Source of the DNA: a virus
Direction: 5' to 3' (one strand)
Virus record (IMG/VR): IMGVR_UViG_3300044797_000101
Location: 1-64,000 of that record
Length of the DNA stretch: 64,000 nucleotides
Positions 1-10,225 of this stretch are shown here, in pieces. Each line of letters begins with the position of its first letter. Position 1 is the first letter of the stretch. A model generated the notes under the pieces. That model did not search any database, had not been told where the DNA came from, and worked only from the letters and a program-made list of their open reading frames with translations. The position numbers and the translations under genes are program-made.

Positions 1-1
1 T

Positions 2-2593
2 TGGATCTGCTGGTTTCTCTTCAACCTTCATATCTTCTAGACCACTATTATCTTCTGGCATTGGCATTTCTGTTGCAGCCTTTTTATTAACTGATTCAAT
101 ATCTTTGGGATCTTTCTTTAGATCGCCGCCTTCGCGTGCACTTTCAGGGGTATCACCAGCGGTTGCTTTAGAAAGTGCTGGTTTATCTTGAACAGCTTCA
201 ATTGGAGCAGAGCTTTCAGATTTGGAGGCTTGAACTGATTTCTCAGATGCATCACCAACTTCTTTCTTGCCACTAGGGAAAGTAGTTCCTTTAGAACTTT
301 CTTCACTCTTTTGCGTATTAGGAATATGATCAGCAGGAGTGGTTGTACCCTTTACTGCTTCATCGGGTTTCTTCGTCAAATTTGGGGTCTTATGTTCTGT
401 GTCACCTTGCGCACTTGTTTCAGGAGCTGAAGAAGGAGAAGCACCACCAGGAAGAGTAGATCCTTCAACTGATTCCTCTGGTTTGTCACCCATCTCTTTT
501 TTACCTTCTGGAAGGGTAGATCCTTTAACGGATTCGTCTGGCGTACCATCAGATGCTTGTTTTTTCATATCGGTCTCCTGAGCTATAAATTCGCTGTGTG
601 CTTTCGCTACGGCTTCAGCATTCTTCATTCCGGCTGCAATATACGTTTTTGCGGCTGTTTTAATTGTTGCTTGAGCTGCAGGAGTAAGAGAAGCCCAGCT
701 AATTAAAGATGATTTTTTATCTGACTTATCATCCTTCTTATCTGCTTTATCTTCTGCTTCTATTGCTTCTGTACCTTTAGCAACGTAATCTGTTTTAACT
801 TCTTTTTCAGATTTATCGTGTTTCTTTTCCTCAGGATTTTTAGGAGTTGTTTTTACTTCTTTACCTTCTGCATCTACCTTTGGTTCTGCGTAATCGGTTT
901 TCACAACTTTAGCCTTTGGAGCTGCAGGACCAGTTTGTCCTTTCTCTTGTCCTGGCATTTCAACCTTAGAGTCCTTTACTTCTTTATGGGCAGGTGCTGC
1001 AGGACCTTTTGAACTTGTTCCTGGTTTAAGTTTTTCAAATTTAGGATTCGTTGGATAACTATGTTCTTTGTTGCTTGTACCAGTACTTGGCTTGGCTTTT
1101 GTGCCAGAAGGACCAAGCTTAGGATCAGCAGCTGTTTTAGAAAGCTTATGGGATACATCCCAGTCATGAGCCAGCTTTGTTACCCCGCCTTGCTCGTAGC
1201 GAGCAACGATCTCTTTGGCATACTCAGGGCTTGTTGCCCAAAGCTGATCAGAGAATGACATAACTTCGAATTCTGATCCCCAAATCTCTTTCAGGGAAGC
1301 TTCGAGTACTGTTTTACCATCTGCTTCGACTGACCATGTTGAGTCTAAAACGTTGTTTTTATCTTCAGTGAATTTTGCTTTAACCTTTTTAGAATCTTGT
1401 TCTTTAACGTGCTTTAATTCATCGTCACAATTAGAACATAAACCATCTTTGCTAGATGCTGAAGCGTTATCATCACAAACTTTACATTTTTCAGAAGCCA
1501 AAGCTGTTTTTACTTTAGCCACAATCTTGGATAAAAAAGACTCTTCTTTCGCGGCTGAATCGGCGATGATCTCCTTAGCTGCTAGATCATTTGCTTTCTT
1601 GGTTTTACCCATAACATATGATTCAAGCTGCTCCATCTCGTAGGCAGAAATTTTATTTAAAACCTTTTTTGTTTCATCATTTAGGGAAACATTCTTGTCA
1701 GTCATGGACGACTCCTTTTCAACTGCTGGGAAGATCCCAGATAAATCAGCTTTTAATTGTGTCTTAGTTGCGTCATCTAATTGCGAAAAAACTTTCTCAA
1801 GCTCGGCAGCTAAGTTAATCTGCTCATCCTTCGGGAGAGACGCGGTCTTCTGCATGTGACTCTTCATATTTGATAAAACTGTTTTAATTACAGCTGTAGG
1901 ATCTGCTGGAACGCCTACGATTGAATCTTCATTAAAGACGATACCTTTATTGATAGAAAAACAAGGGATTAAATCGCCTTTCTTAATATTGTATTCAGGG
2001 ATATCAACCTCAGCAGGAAACTCCTTGCCAAGACCCATTCCCATGTGATTACATTTCTCATCAGCATCAGAATGAAGCACATTACCACAAATAGAGCAAA
2101 TGGACTCGTCAACTGAGCAACCCATGCTGGTGCTATTCAATTCACCTGTTTCAATCTTACGACAAATCTCAGGGTGAAGCTTACGGTCAATCTTCCCGAC
2201 CAATTCAATATAGAATTCACCAGTTTGAGGATCGTCAATAGGCAAAGCATCGATGATCTTACCGATAGAATATAAAGAACTCTCAGAGTTATGATCTAAA
2301 AAGATATTACGACCTACAAAGGTCTGGTAAGAAGATTCTAATTCTTTACGAGGGAAATAGTCTTTGTTACCATTAAAGTTCCAACCGCGAGTACCTTCTT
2401 TCGTCATTGGGCCTTGATCACCAGCAGAAATTGCACGAGCGCGATAATATAAGAAGTCAGAATTCTTTGCTTCAAGAACCTTAGAAATAACTGGTTTAGA
2501 TGCTTCAACAACTGGTTTCTCCATAAGCACATCATCAGCAACTGTTGCTGTTTTTAAGATGCGAAGATGAGAACCTAATTTAATCAATGACAT
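2..2593 (-). CDS. Prohead (capsid maturation) protease fused to a long scaffold-like region; 3' end beyond window
   Basis: Absent from the ORF track because it is open at the window edge. I translated both ends and part of the middle from ATG 2593: MSLIKLGSHLRILKTATVADD...NFNGNKDYFPRKEL...FVGRNIFLDHN...STSMGCSV..SICSICGN...FNEDSIVGVPADPTA. These are HK97/assemblin-type protease motifs, followed by a charged low-complexity tail still in frame at position 2. Confidence 0.85.
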   Translation of the reverse strand, partial: MSLIKLGSHLRILKTATVADDVLMEKPVVEASKPVISKVLEAKNSDFLYYRARAISAGDQGPMTKEGTRGWNFNGNKDYFPRKELESSYQTFVGRNIFLDHNSESSLYSIGKIIDALPIDDPQTGEFYIELVGKIDRKLHPEICRKIETGELNSTSMGCSVDESICSICGNVLHSDADEKCNHMGMGLGKEFPAEVDIPEYNIKKGDLIPCFSINKGIVFNEDSIVGVPADPTAVIKTVLSNMKSHMQKTASLPKDEQINLAAELEKVFSQLDDATKTQLKADLSGIFPAVEKESSMTDKNVSLNDETKKVLNKISAYEMEQLESYVMGKTKKANDLAAKEIIADSAAKEESFLSKIVAKVKTALASEKCKVCDDNASASSKDGLCSNCDDELKHVKEQDSKKVKAKFTEDKNNVLDSTWSVEADGKTVLEASLKEIWGSEFEVMSFSDQLWATSPEYAKEIVARYEQGGVTKLAHDWDVSHKLSKTAADPKLGPSGTKAKPSTGTSNKEHSYPTNPKFEKLKPGTSSKGPAAPAHKEVKDSKVEMPGQEKGQTGPAAPKAKVVKTDYAEPKVDAEGKEVKTTPKNPEEKKHDKSEKEVKTDYVAKGTEAIEAEDKADKKDDKSDKKSSLISWASLTPAAQATIKTAAKTYIAAGMKNAEAVAKAHSEFIAQETDMKKQASDGTPDESVKGSTLPEGKKEMGDKPEESVEGSTLPGGASPSSAPETSAQGDTEHKTPNLTKKPDEAVKGTTTPADHIPNTQKSEESSKGTTFPSGKKEVGDASEKSVQASKSESSAPIEAVQDKPALSKATAGDTPESAREGGDLKKDPKDIESVNKKAATEMPMPEDNSGLEDMKVEEKPADP

Positions 2594-2599
2594 AGTAAA

Positions 2600-3367
2600 T
2601 TATCCTTTAAATAATCCAGTAATCCAATTAGGTACTTTCTGGCTTGTTTCTTTATTAAAATTTCGACGTTCATCCCACTCTTCATCTGTGATGTTATCAC
2701 GTTTTTCTTGCTCTTCTTTTTGTTCTAATTGTTTAAGCCAATCCATCCATTCTTCATCTGTTAATTCGTTTTCAGTTGGGATTGATTCTTCAACGTGCTC
2801 GTGTTCTAGATCCTCAAGCCACTGTTTATATTCTTCTGGGTTTAGATCTTGTTTCTCAAATGGATTTTTAATCTGTTTATGGACTTCTTTGGGCACATGG
2901 ACGATCTTTTTCTCTGGCTTCTCAGGAACCTGTTCGATCTTTGGCTCTACTACTGGCATTGGACGAACAGTCTGTTTTGGAGCCTTTTGAACGGGTACTG
3001 GACGACTTGTTCCGATATCTGTATCAGTGTCGCCGTAAGAATCAACCTCAACAGGTGAAAGATTAGGACCGCTAACAATTAAGGTACACGATTGATCGCC
3101 TGGATGCGAACGACAAAACAAGGGAGCATCGTACTCAGTTGTATCTAAAAAATTTTGTAAACTCCAAACCTGTCTATCAAGATCTTGACATTGACTATGG
3201 TGTGAACCGTTTGAATTCCAAGTGACCTGAGTATATCCGTTATTCAATAAATTTGTTAATATTGGACCAGTCATATCCTGGCGATGGTTGCCAGCTGCTT
3301 CTTTATTGAGACGGCAAATCCTCATTGCTTTTGTTGCTAGAATCGATAGCCAATTTTGATCTGTCAT
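2600..3367 (-). CDS. Putative MuF/SPP1 gp7-like head morphogenesis protein
   Basis: W-x7-SQC-x2-LD...SHPGDQSC resembles the MuF C..L.G...HPNCRC core; lies between portal and protease. Confidence 0.5.
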   Translation of the reverse strand: MTDQNWLSILATKAMRICRLNKEAAGNHRQDMTGPILTNLLNNGYTQVTWNSNGSHHSQCQDLDRQVWSLQNFLDTTEYDAPLFCRSHPGDQSCTLIVSGPNLSPVEVDSYGDTDTDIGTSRPVPVQKAPKQTVRPMPVVEPKIEQVPEKPEKKIVHVPKEVHKQIKNPFEKQDLNPEEYKQWLEDLEHEHVEESIPTENELTDEEWMDWLKQLEQKEEQEKRDNITDEEWDERRNFNKETSQKVPNWITGLFKG

Positions 3368-3542
3368 ATCTCATTTCCAAAAATTCTAAATTACCCTTAG
3401 GTATCCATCCAGTGTTACAGTCACAAAATAGATCAGGTGAACCATAATATTCACCCATATTCTGAAAGCATTTCTTTAGACCGTGATGATCGTGTAATTC
3501 CCAGCAGTGATCACATGTACGACATTCATTTTCGTTTGACAT
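3303..3542 (-). CDS. Small Cys/His Zn-finger protein with GNLEFLE tag
   Basis: Probable start MSNENECRTCDH at 3542; CDC..W.PKGNLEFLE. Confidence 0.7.
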   Translation of the reverse strand: MSNENECRTCDHCWELHDHHGLKKCFQNMGEYYGSPDLFCDCNTGWIPKGNLEFLEMRYDRSKLAIDSSNKSNEDLPSQ

Positions 3543-3723
3543 ACTTGTGCTCAAGAAATTCAAGGTTATCCGACGGTAAAAACTCTGTGCATCTGCAACT
3601 TCCATTAACAACATATTGACACAAACAATTTTTATATTTAAAATCTGTATGCGATATATAAGAATGCTGACAGGTCCTGCATTTGTCAAAACTTCGTGGG
3701 TTCCTAATCTTTCGAATAGGCAT
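3526..3723 (-). CDS. Small Cys/His Zn-finger protein with DNLEFLE tag
   Basis: CRTCQH...H...CRCTEFLPSDNLEFLE. Confidence 0.75.
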   Translation of the reverse strand: MPIRKIRNPRSFDKCRTCQHSYISHTDFKYKNCLCQYVVNGSCRCTEFLPSDNLEFLEHKYVKRK

Positions 3724-4013
3724 TACTTTGTCTCGTTTACACCATGCTTTTCTAGGATTGCTTTAGCAAATTTAATTTTATCGTAGCAATCATCCTTGAT
3801 TGTACGTTGGAGCTGCGTCAAATTTCGTTCAGAGATATCAGAGATTCTGATCAAATCTAAAACGCGACCCATATATTTAACCATTACAGCTTCAAACATA
3901 ACGGGAACATTCAGCTCGCCATCTTCTGAAATGTACGTTAGTTCTTTCTTTTCGCCTCTTTCATTACCCTCATGTTTCATAAATTCCTCTCTTTTCATAA
4001 CTTTTAGGATCAA
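3723..4013 (-). CDS. Hypothetical protein
   Basis: ORF abutting its neighbour, downstream of the conserved promoter-like repeat. Confidence 0.6.
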   Translation of the reverse strand: MILKVMKREEFMKHEGNERGEKKELTYISEDGELNVPVMFEAVMVKYMGRVLDLIRISDISERNLTQLQRTIKDDCYDKIKFAKAILEKHGVNETK

Positions 4014-4020
4014 AACTCTT

Positions 4021-4066
4021 TTAGAACGTAGTGCTCCTATTAATATAGGAAAATATTATACTTTTT
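4021..4066 (-). promoter_or_regulatory. Conserved ~45 bp element, copy A (putative late promoter plus leader)
   Basis: Minus strand AAAAGTATAATATTTTccTATATTAATAGGAGcaCTACGTTCTAA; near-identical copies at 17213-17262 and 33123-33172. Confidence 0.7.
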
Positions 4067-4070
4067 AAAC

Positions 4071-4307
4071 TTATTTAGTGACGTCAAAACCAGAAGACTG
4101 AAGCCTATCAATTAATACATTTAGATCATCGGAACCATAATTATCCACACCGATGCTTTTTAGAGCAGAATGAAGCTGATCTACAGTGAGCTTCTTTGAT
4201 GGAACTTGCTTCAAGATCATCTGTGCTAAAAAGTTAGGATCTATAGTAAAACTTGCATTCTTAACTACTTGAATCTTGTTTGGTGAACCTTTTTTAGATA
4301 ATGCCAT
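4071..4307 (-). CDS. Hypothetical protein
   Basis: ORF with GAGG RBS. Confidence 0.6.
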   Translation of the reverse strand: MALSKKGSPNKIQVVKNASFTIDPNFLAQMILKQVPSKKLTVDQLHSALKSIGVDNYGSDDLNVLIDRLQSSGFDVTK

Positions 4308-4325
4308 GTTGACCTCTTATTATAA

Positions 4326-4649
4326 TTAACTAATTATAGGACTTGTAGGTGAATCTCCAGATGATGTTCCGCACCATGTACCATAATAAGGATATGCGGG
4401 TGAATATGGTTGATTTGGATAATTATGAGTATGACACCCGCAATAATGTCCATAACAAACAGGACGTGCTTCAAGAACAGCTATCTTCTTCTCTAATTCA
4501 AATAGTTTTGCCTCTAATTCTGATTTTTTCATTTTCTTAGTCGCTCCTTTACTTGATTTTTGACAATCAGGACAACGTTGATCCAAGCAACCACTAAACC
4601 AGTTAAACGGTTTATTGCAAGTAGCACAAATAATTGGGTACAATCCCAT
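4326..4649 (-). CDS. Zn-ribbon/coiled-coil protein
   Basis: CATC...CPDC followed by a coiled coil; AGGAG RBS. Confidence 0.6.
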   Translation of the reverse strand: MGLYPIICATCNKPFNWFSGCLDQRCPDCQKSSKGATKKMKKSELEAKLFELEKKIAVLEARPVCYGHYCGCHTHNYPNQPYSPAYPYYGTWCGTSSGDSPTSPIIS

Positions 4650-4664
4650 ACCTTATCTCCTCTT

Positions 4665-5369
4665 TTACTTAATATCTTTTAAAAACTCTCTAATTGTTTT
4701 AAGATCTACAGCAATACCAAGACCAGTTGCACCAAACGCTCCAAACATAGATGTAGAACGTGTCAAGATACCAATCAAATGACAATTTGAATCTACAACT
4801 GCTCCACCACTATTACCAGGAAGAACGGCAGCGTCAAGAACTATAAAACGTGCTTTTTCTTCTTTAATAACCCAATTAATCTTACTTACAATACCACGAG
4901 TAAAGATATCTTGAATACCAAGAGGATTTCCAACTACCCAGCAATCTTGACCGCGAACAGCACGATCAGCTAAACGAATTGGTGTACCTTTCAGTGGTGT
5001 ATAAAGCAAGAGTAAATCAGCAGCTGGATCAACCTTCACAACAACAGCTCGTTCTGAATCATTACCGCGCTTGATCCAAATTTCCTTCAATTCTAAACCT
5101 TTTTCATCTGCACTAAAACTAACGCAATGTGCTGCTGATAAAATAATATTATCTTTAATGTAAACTCCGCTGCATGATCCCCAACCAGATTTTTCTTTCT
5201 TTTCACCAGTTTCTTCGTCAATCTTAGTCATATGAAGTTTCATCTTAATTAGAACAGTAGAATCTTCCATTCTATCTGAGATATGTGTTCCACGAACGTT
5301 GGTTGTATTGAATGCACAAGCTTGTAATAACAGTAAAGCAGACGCTAAAGCTGCGATCGATTTTTTCAT
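4665..5369 (-). CDS. Trypsin-like (S1/HtrA-type) serine protease, probable lipoprotein
   Basis: Signal peptide with LQAC lipobox; catalytic triad motifs SAAHC, DLLLL, PGNSGG. Confidence 0.9.
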   Translation of the reverse strand: MKKSIAALASALLLLQACAFNTTNVRGTHISDRMEDSTVLIKMKLHMTKIDEETGEKKEKSGWGSCSGVYIKDNIILSAAHCVSFSADEKGLELKEIWIKRGNDSERAVVVKVDPAADLLLLYTPLKGTPIRLADRAVRGQDCWVVGNPLGIQDIFTRGIVSKINWVIKEEKARFIVLDAAVLPGNSGGAVVDSNCHLIGILTRSTSMFGAFGATGLGIAVDLKTIREFLKDIK

Positions 5370-5380
5370 AGAGGTTCCTT

Positions 5381-5917
5381 TTAGTTTAAACTAGATGATG
5401 AGTATGCTTTTTCTATTCCACTTTTCTTAGCATGATCTTCAACAGCTAACGGTTGAAGATTTGTGTAGTGACAAGCTTTAAGGAACTGTTCTCTATCTGT
5501 AAGATCAAAATCGGCTAGACGTTTAATATGATCTAATTCCCAGATTTCTCCCCAATTGGCCCAAGACATATTAGAATAGAACTTAGATTCTATATACTTC
5601 TTAAAGTCTGGAATAGAACATCCAAGATCATTTACTGCAGAACCTGATTTTAAATTGTCTCTAACAGCTGTACTAATACGTCGTCTTAGATTTGATCGTA
5701 ATCTATAATTAATATCTGTTTTGCGTTTTAATATAACGTAATCAATGATAATAGATTTATTAATCTTATAATATTCTCTACTATATGTATTACGGACAAT
5801 TTTATTCTCTAAATGATACAAATGTTCATGCTGTTTTTTACAAAGTTTACAATGACTAGCACTATCTCGTCCGGTAACAAATGTATCATGTCCATTTTGA
5901 CAAAATTGCTTTTTCAT
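5381..5917 (-). CDS. HNH-family putative homing endonuclease
   Basis: LGCS...YIESKF...MSWANWG..WELDH...CHYTNLQPL; paralogue of 7652-8083 and 16588-17190. Confidence 0.8.
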   Translation of the reverse strand: MKKQFCQNGHDTFVTGRDSASHCKLCKKQHEHLYHLENKIVRNTYSREYYKINKSIIIDYVILKRKTDINYRLRSNLRRRISTAVRDNLKSGSAVNDLGCSIPDFKKYIESKFYSNMSWANWGEIWELDHIKRLADFDLTDREQFLKACHYTNLQPLAVEDHAKKSGIEKAYSSSSLN

Positions 5918-5918
5918 A

Positions 5919-7649
5919 TTAAATTTCTGGAGATCCTAAATCTGATGAACTCCCGACATTACCTTCACCACCGACATTTGGAGTTTGTTCTTGACCTTCA
6001 GGCAATGTTCCCTCACCAGGTTCCGTTGGTTCAATAGGTTCAGTTGGAGCACCACCTGCTCCTCCACCTTCCTCTAATCCTTCTTCAATTGCTCCACCAC
6101 CGCCACCTCCACCACCTGCTGGTTTAGAGATTTGAGCAGGTAAGCGATTATCTTGCGAACCCTTATCGAAAATCGTCCCACGTTCTTCTTCCAACTGCTT
6201 ACGTTCTGTTTCATAATCCAAATTAGGGTACTTGCTGAACAACGTCTTTGTTGAAATAAGACCCAATTTATGAAACTCTGTGAATTGCTCTTGTTCGCGT
6301 TCCTGGGCATCAATGTCCAAGGATTTGTACCATGAAATTTGTGGAAGAATTAATTGCTTCTCTCCGGTATCTGGATCCATCGTATAAAAGCCGTTCTTCT
6401 CAGCAATAGGTCTGAAAAACTTATTGATCATCCAGTCTTCAAAACTATCACGTACTTTCTTATACTGCATGACCAATGACTGAAGAGCCATTGTTTTGCT
6501 GTTACCAAAGTTTGGACCTTCACCCAAAATAATATTCTTATTTACTCCAAGACCTACAAGAAGCTGATCTTGAATATAATCGTACTCTGCGTTGAGAGGG
6601 AATTGCTTACCCATAACACTCAATGGTTCATAGTGAACAATTGGAGGAGCAACGATCGTGAATGGAGGATTCTGAATAGATTGGTTGATCAGCTGTCTCC
6701 AATTCTGTAGATCATCTTTAGAAGGCATCGTGTTGCTTGCCAAGTCACCGATGGTCCACAATTCCTTGGGGAATACATAGTTCTTAGCATAAGCAGACTG
6801 AGCAAGACGAATCCAGTCTTGTAGAATCAATGCTTTAAAGCATGATTGGATACGAGAAGTACCACGAGTAGCTGAAGGATCAGTGATACGTGCAATCTGA
6901 GACACGCATTCTTCATCTAGCTTGATGTTACGGTGCTCTTGAACAGCGTTTACGAGCTCTGGGGATGACTTCTTCAACTCTTCTACCTGCTCAATATCTT
7001 CTGGGCGAGTGGAAGAAATAAGGGCTTTAATTTCCTCAGTGGGAACCATCTCAAAGGTTTTCTTACCACTCATCATATCTGTCTTAATTTCGACGAGTTC
7101 AGGTTCTAGAAGAATGAAATTGTGCCAGCGATACATACGCTTACCATTCTTAGATGGTTTTTCATCTTGCGTTAAGTTTCCAAAGCAAATAGCTTCACCG
7201 AATTTCTCACGAGAAATGGATGCTTGGCAAATATAATCAAAGAGGTTAAACGTACCATTTGAACACATCTCTTCGTAGAACTTCTTAACTGTAGGATCAG
7301 ATACAACTAAATCAAATTTGGAAAAAGGATAAAACGCGTGCATCATTGTGATCTGTTGAATATATGGTTCAAGATTAAAGAAGATGCGGATCCATTTCAG
7401 AATTTCCTGACGAGACTTAGGCAATACCCAAGAATCTGATGTAAGTTCTGGTGAATAGAAAAATGATTGACTCTGAGAAACTGAGTACTCGCTACCAGCT
7501 GTGACATTAAGAGAAGCAACTTTGGCTACGCCCGTTGTAAATACGTTCATCTCAGCAGTAGGATTCTGAGGTCCTAATGAGAGAACTGGTGCTTTAGGTG
7601 CAGCACCGCTTTTTGTAATTTTATTGCCGCTACCCTTTGGTCGTGCCAT
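5919..7649 (-). CDS. Portal protein
   Basis: 576 aa, downstream of terminase; portal-like pattern (RGTSRIQSCFKAL, LLVGLGV..IILGEGPNF, WMINKFFRPIAE) and acidic Gly/Pro tail. Confidence 0.8.
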   Translation of the reverse strand: MARPKGSGNKITKSGAAPKAPVLSLGPQNPTAEMNVFTTGVAKVASLNVTAGSEYSVSQSQSFFYSPELTSDSWVLPKSRQEILKWIRIFFNLEPYIQQITMMHAFYPFSKFDLVVSDPTVKKFYEEMCSNGTFNLFDYICQASISREKFGEAICFGNLTQDEKPSKNGKRMYRWHNFILLEPELVEIKTDMMSGKKTFEMVPTEEIKALISSTRPEDIEQVEELKKSSPELVNAVQEHRNIKLDEECVSQIARITDPSATRGTSRIQSCFKALILQDWIRLAQSAYAKNYVFPKELWTIGDLASNTMPSKDDLQNWRQLINQSIQNPPFTIVAPPIVHYEPLSVMGKQFPLNAEYDYIQDQLLVGLGVNKNIILGEGPNFGNSKTMALQSLVMQYKKVRDSFEDWMINKFFRPIAEKNGFYTMDPDTGEKQLILPQISWYKSLDIDAQEREQEQFTEFHKLGLISTKTLFSKYPNLDYETERKQLEEERGTIFDKGSQDNRLPAQISKPAGGGGGGGGAIEEGLEEGGGAGGAPTEPIEPTEPGEGTLPEGQEQTPNVGGEGNVGSSSDLGSPEI

Positions 7650-7651
7650 AA

Positions 7652-8083
7652 TTAATTTCTCCTAAATATCGTATCTTTGCTTGTTTTATATCTATGATCT
7701 TCAATTGTTAGGGGTTGAAGATTAGTATAATGTACAGCCTTTTTAAATTGTTCTTTATTTGTAAGATCAAATGTATTCAATTCTTTAATATGATCTAATT
7801 GCCAAACTTTTCCCCAATTATTCCATGTCATATTTTCATAAAACTTTGATTCTATGTATTGTTTAAAGAATTCTATTGAACATCCCAAATCTTTAACTGC
7901 TGATCCAATTTTTTGATTATTTTTAGTTGCCATATACAAACGAACACGAAGTTTACGTCTCAATCTATAGTTAACATCATGCTTCATTTTCTCACGTTGA
8001 TATTTTCCATCTTTAATCAATTCTAATTTTCTATTCCTTAAGTACCAAGCTCTATTCTTAGCTTTTATTTTTTCTTTAGTCAT
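7652..8083 (-). CDS. HNH-family putative homing endonuclease
   Basis: GSAVKDLGCS...MTWNNWG..WQLDH...HYTNLQPL. Confidence 0.8.
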   Translation of the reverse strand: MTKEKIKAKNRAWYLRNRKLELIKDGKYQREKMKHDVNYRLRRKLRVRLYMATKNNQKIGSAVKDLGCSIEFFKQYIESKFYENMTWNNWGKVWQLDHIKELNTFDLTNKEQFKKAVHYTNLQPLTIEDHRYKTSKDTIFRRN

Positions 8084-8517
8084 AATGAATTTGTATCTAA
8101 ATCTCGTTTCGCTATCAATTCATTTTCCTGAGCAACTTTATTCTGTTTGATATAATAGTCAACTCTTGCCTTTACTTCCTGAATCTGTTGCTCAGTACCA
8201 GCTTTCTTCATTTCCTTCAATTGATTTTCAACAATCTGTAAATTCTTTTTAGCCCTAACAGCAACGCTCTTATAAGCAGTATAACGATTTTCTAAAACAG
8301 CTAAAACTTGAATCTTCTTTTCAGCTTTTTCTTTAGCCACAATACGCGTGGTTAAATCTTCTAAGCCTTTAGCATAGGCTTGAATATCAGCTGAATATTT
8401 TGCAATGACATCTCGTTCTTGTTTTCCAATGGAATAGGATTGTGAAGCTGAACCCAACGCATCGGAAACATAAAGAAGATATTTTTTTGCTTCATCAAGA
8501 ATTTGATTTGGTTTCAT
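8080..8517 (-). CDS. Hypothetical coiled-coil protein
   Basis: Helical charged ORF between terminase and portal. Confidence 0.6.
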   Translation of the reverse strand: MKPNQILDEAKKYLLYVSDALGSASQSYSIGKQERDVIAKYSADIQAYAKGLEDLTTRIVAKEKAEKKIQVLAVLENRYTAYKSVAVRAKKNLQIVENQLKEMKKAGTEQQIQEVKARVDYYIKQNKVAQENELIAKRDLDTNSL

Positions 8518-8575
8518 CAGGAAGTTCTCACTTATAACTATATCTCAATATGTCAATCTGTAAAACTTGTTTTAA

Positions 8576-10225
8576 TTATGAATTATTCCTATCTTTTAAG
8601 AATCGTCCACTATTAGGGTCGCCAGGTTGCCCGGGGAAAGGAGTACCCATTCCACTCAAGTTCGATGGACCACCAATTGGAGCAGCAATCTCGCTCATGT
8701 TTCGTACAACCTTACCAGCGAATGCCTTCTCTTGATCAGCACACCAGACAGCCAAAATATCAGCAGAGACGTGATCGTCGTGACCAGAAGCAGGATCTAC
8801 GAAGATCTTGTCATTGATACCAGCTTTGCTACGGTGACGTTCCAAAAGACCCCATTGTTCATAGCCTTCCGTAAATACCTTGCTCTTTTTAATCTTATCA
8901 AGATTAGGGTATCTAACACGGCTGCTATCAAGTTCAAAGACGAATTGATCGATCATAGCATTTTTATAATTCTTGCCAGTAACGGCTTCTTTAGCACCAA
9001 AACTTACACCGGCTATGGGAATACCTTCGCTCTTAAAAATATCAATAAGACCAATAGCAAAGTTTGAAAAGTCAGCAAGTCCCATTACACATTTGAATTC
9101 ACCCTCAACAGGATGAACAATATCTTTAATTTCTTGCATCTGCGTAACCGTATCACCTTGCCACATATACTTAGCTACTATGTCTTTAGTGTTATCACCA
9201 TTCTTTCTTAAAATTGTAAGTACAGTCCAGTCGAGATCCTTTTGACCAGGCATAAGTGAACCTGATGCAGTATCAAGACCAAAATAGTATTTTTCTGTAA
9301 GTTCTGGGCGACCTTGTTTCAAGATATTAAATAATCCTGATGCAAGCTTCTTTTGCTGCTCGCCTGATAGAACCAGGTTGATATCTTCCATCCATATCAT
9401 TTCATATTGAGTATTCCACTCAATTTCAGAGTATCCTTCTACTGAATCAAAATGCAGGGCTGGATCGTTAGGGAATAAACGTTCCTTAACCATCTTAGGC
9501 ATAAGTTCAACAATACGACGAGGATATTCTCTACCCTCATACAAGATTGACCCTTGTTGCCAGTAAATATCGCACTCATTCCAAGGTTTTCTAATAACCT
9601 TATAGCGAGTACCATTATCATTACAGCTATGCCAAAAATTGTTCTTATATAAAGAAATACCAATCTTGATTGTCTTAAATGGGGACAATGATAACATTGG
9701 AGTGATCTTTTCTTTTACAACGAAATCCGAAATCCTATGGGCCTCATCTAATACCACGCAGTGAAAGTGCTCTGACTCAATAGTAGCCGTGGGAGAAGCA
9801 GAAAGTGCTTTAATTGTAGAGCCGTTTTTAAATTGAATAAATTGATTAGAAGTTTTATTAGCGTCAATTTTGTCGTAGAGAGGAGAGGAAGGAGTAAGAA
9901 TACGACCGAGAATATCTTCTTTAACTAATCGTTTCGAGGTATCAGCCTTAGGACCAAAAATACCAATACGAAAGCCAGGATTATCTAGACAAAGCTTAAC
10001 TAGTCCAATAGCAACCGAATATGTTTTTCCTGATCCGCGTGAAGCAAGAACACCAACGTAAGGTATACTTAAATCACAAACGGCGTCAACTATCTCAACT
10101 TGATTATCATATAGGTCGATCCCTAATTGAGTGAGAGACCAATAGCTTGGACTCATCGCAAGTTGAAATAAATTCTGAAGTCGAGAAGGTATTAGATTCT
10201 CTAAAATCGTATCGTATTGAGACAT
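8576..10225 (-). CDS. terL: Terminase large subunit
   Basis: Walker A ASRGSGKT, Walker B VVLDEAH, RNase H-fold nuclease GLDTASG...D and HDDHVSA. Confidence 0.92.
   Translation of the reverse strand: MSQYDTILENLIPSRLQNLFQLAMSPSYWSLTQLGIDLYDNQVEIVDAVCDLSIPYVGVLASRGSGKTYSVAIGLVKLCLDNPGFRIGIFGPKADTSKRLVKEDILGRILTPSSPLYDKIDANKTSNQFIQFKNGSTIKALSASPTATIESEHFHCVVLDEAHRISDFVVKEKITPMLSLSPFKTIKIGISLYKNNFWHSCNDNGTRYKVIRKPWNECDIYWQQGSILYEGREYPRRIVELMPKMVKERLFPNDPALHFDSVEGYSEIEWNTQYEMIWMEDINLVLSGEQQKKLASGLFNILKQGRPELTEKYYFGLDTASGSLMPGQKDLDWTVLTILRKNGDNTKDIVAKYMWQGDTVTQMQEIKDIVHPVEGEFKCVMGLADFSNFAIGLIDIFKSEGIPIAGVSFGAKEAVTGKNYKNAMIDQFVFELDSSRVRYPNLDKIKKSKVFTEGYEQWGLLERHRSKAGINDKIFVDPASGHDDHVSADILAVWCADQEKAFAGKVVRNMSEIAAPIGGPSNLSGMGTPFPGQPGDPNSGRFLKDRNNS

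Noticed and set aside
118-1167. Short minus-strand track ORFs 118-306 and 976-1167
   Set aside because: They are alternative frames inside the protease/scaffold gene.
8576-10225. Intein or intron in terminase or portal
   Set aside because: Lengths are ordinary, no splice-junction motifs were seen, and the HNH genes are free-standing.
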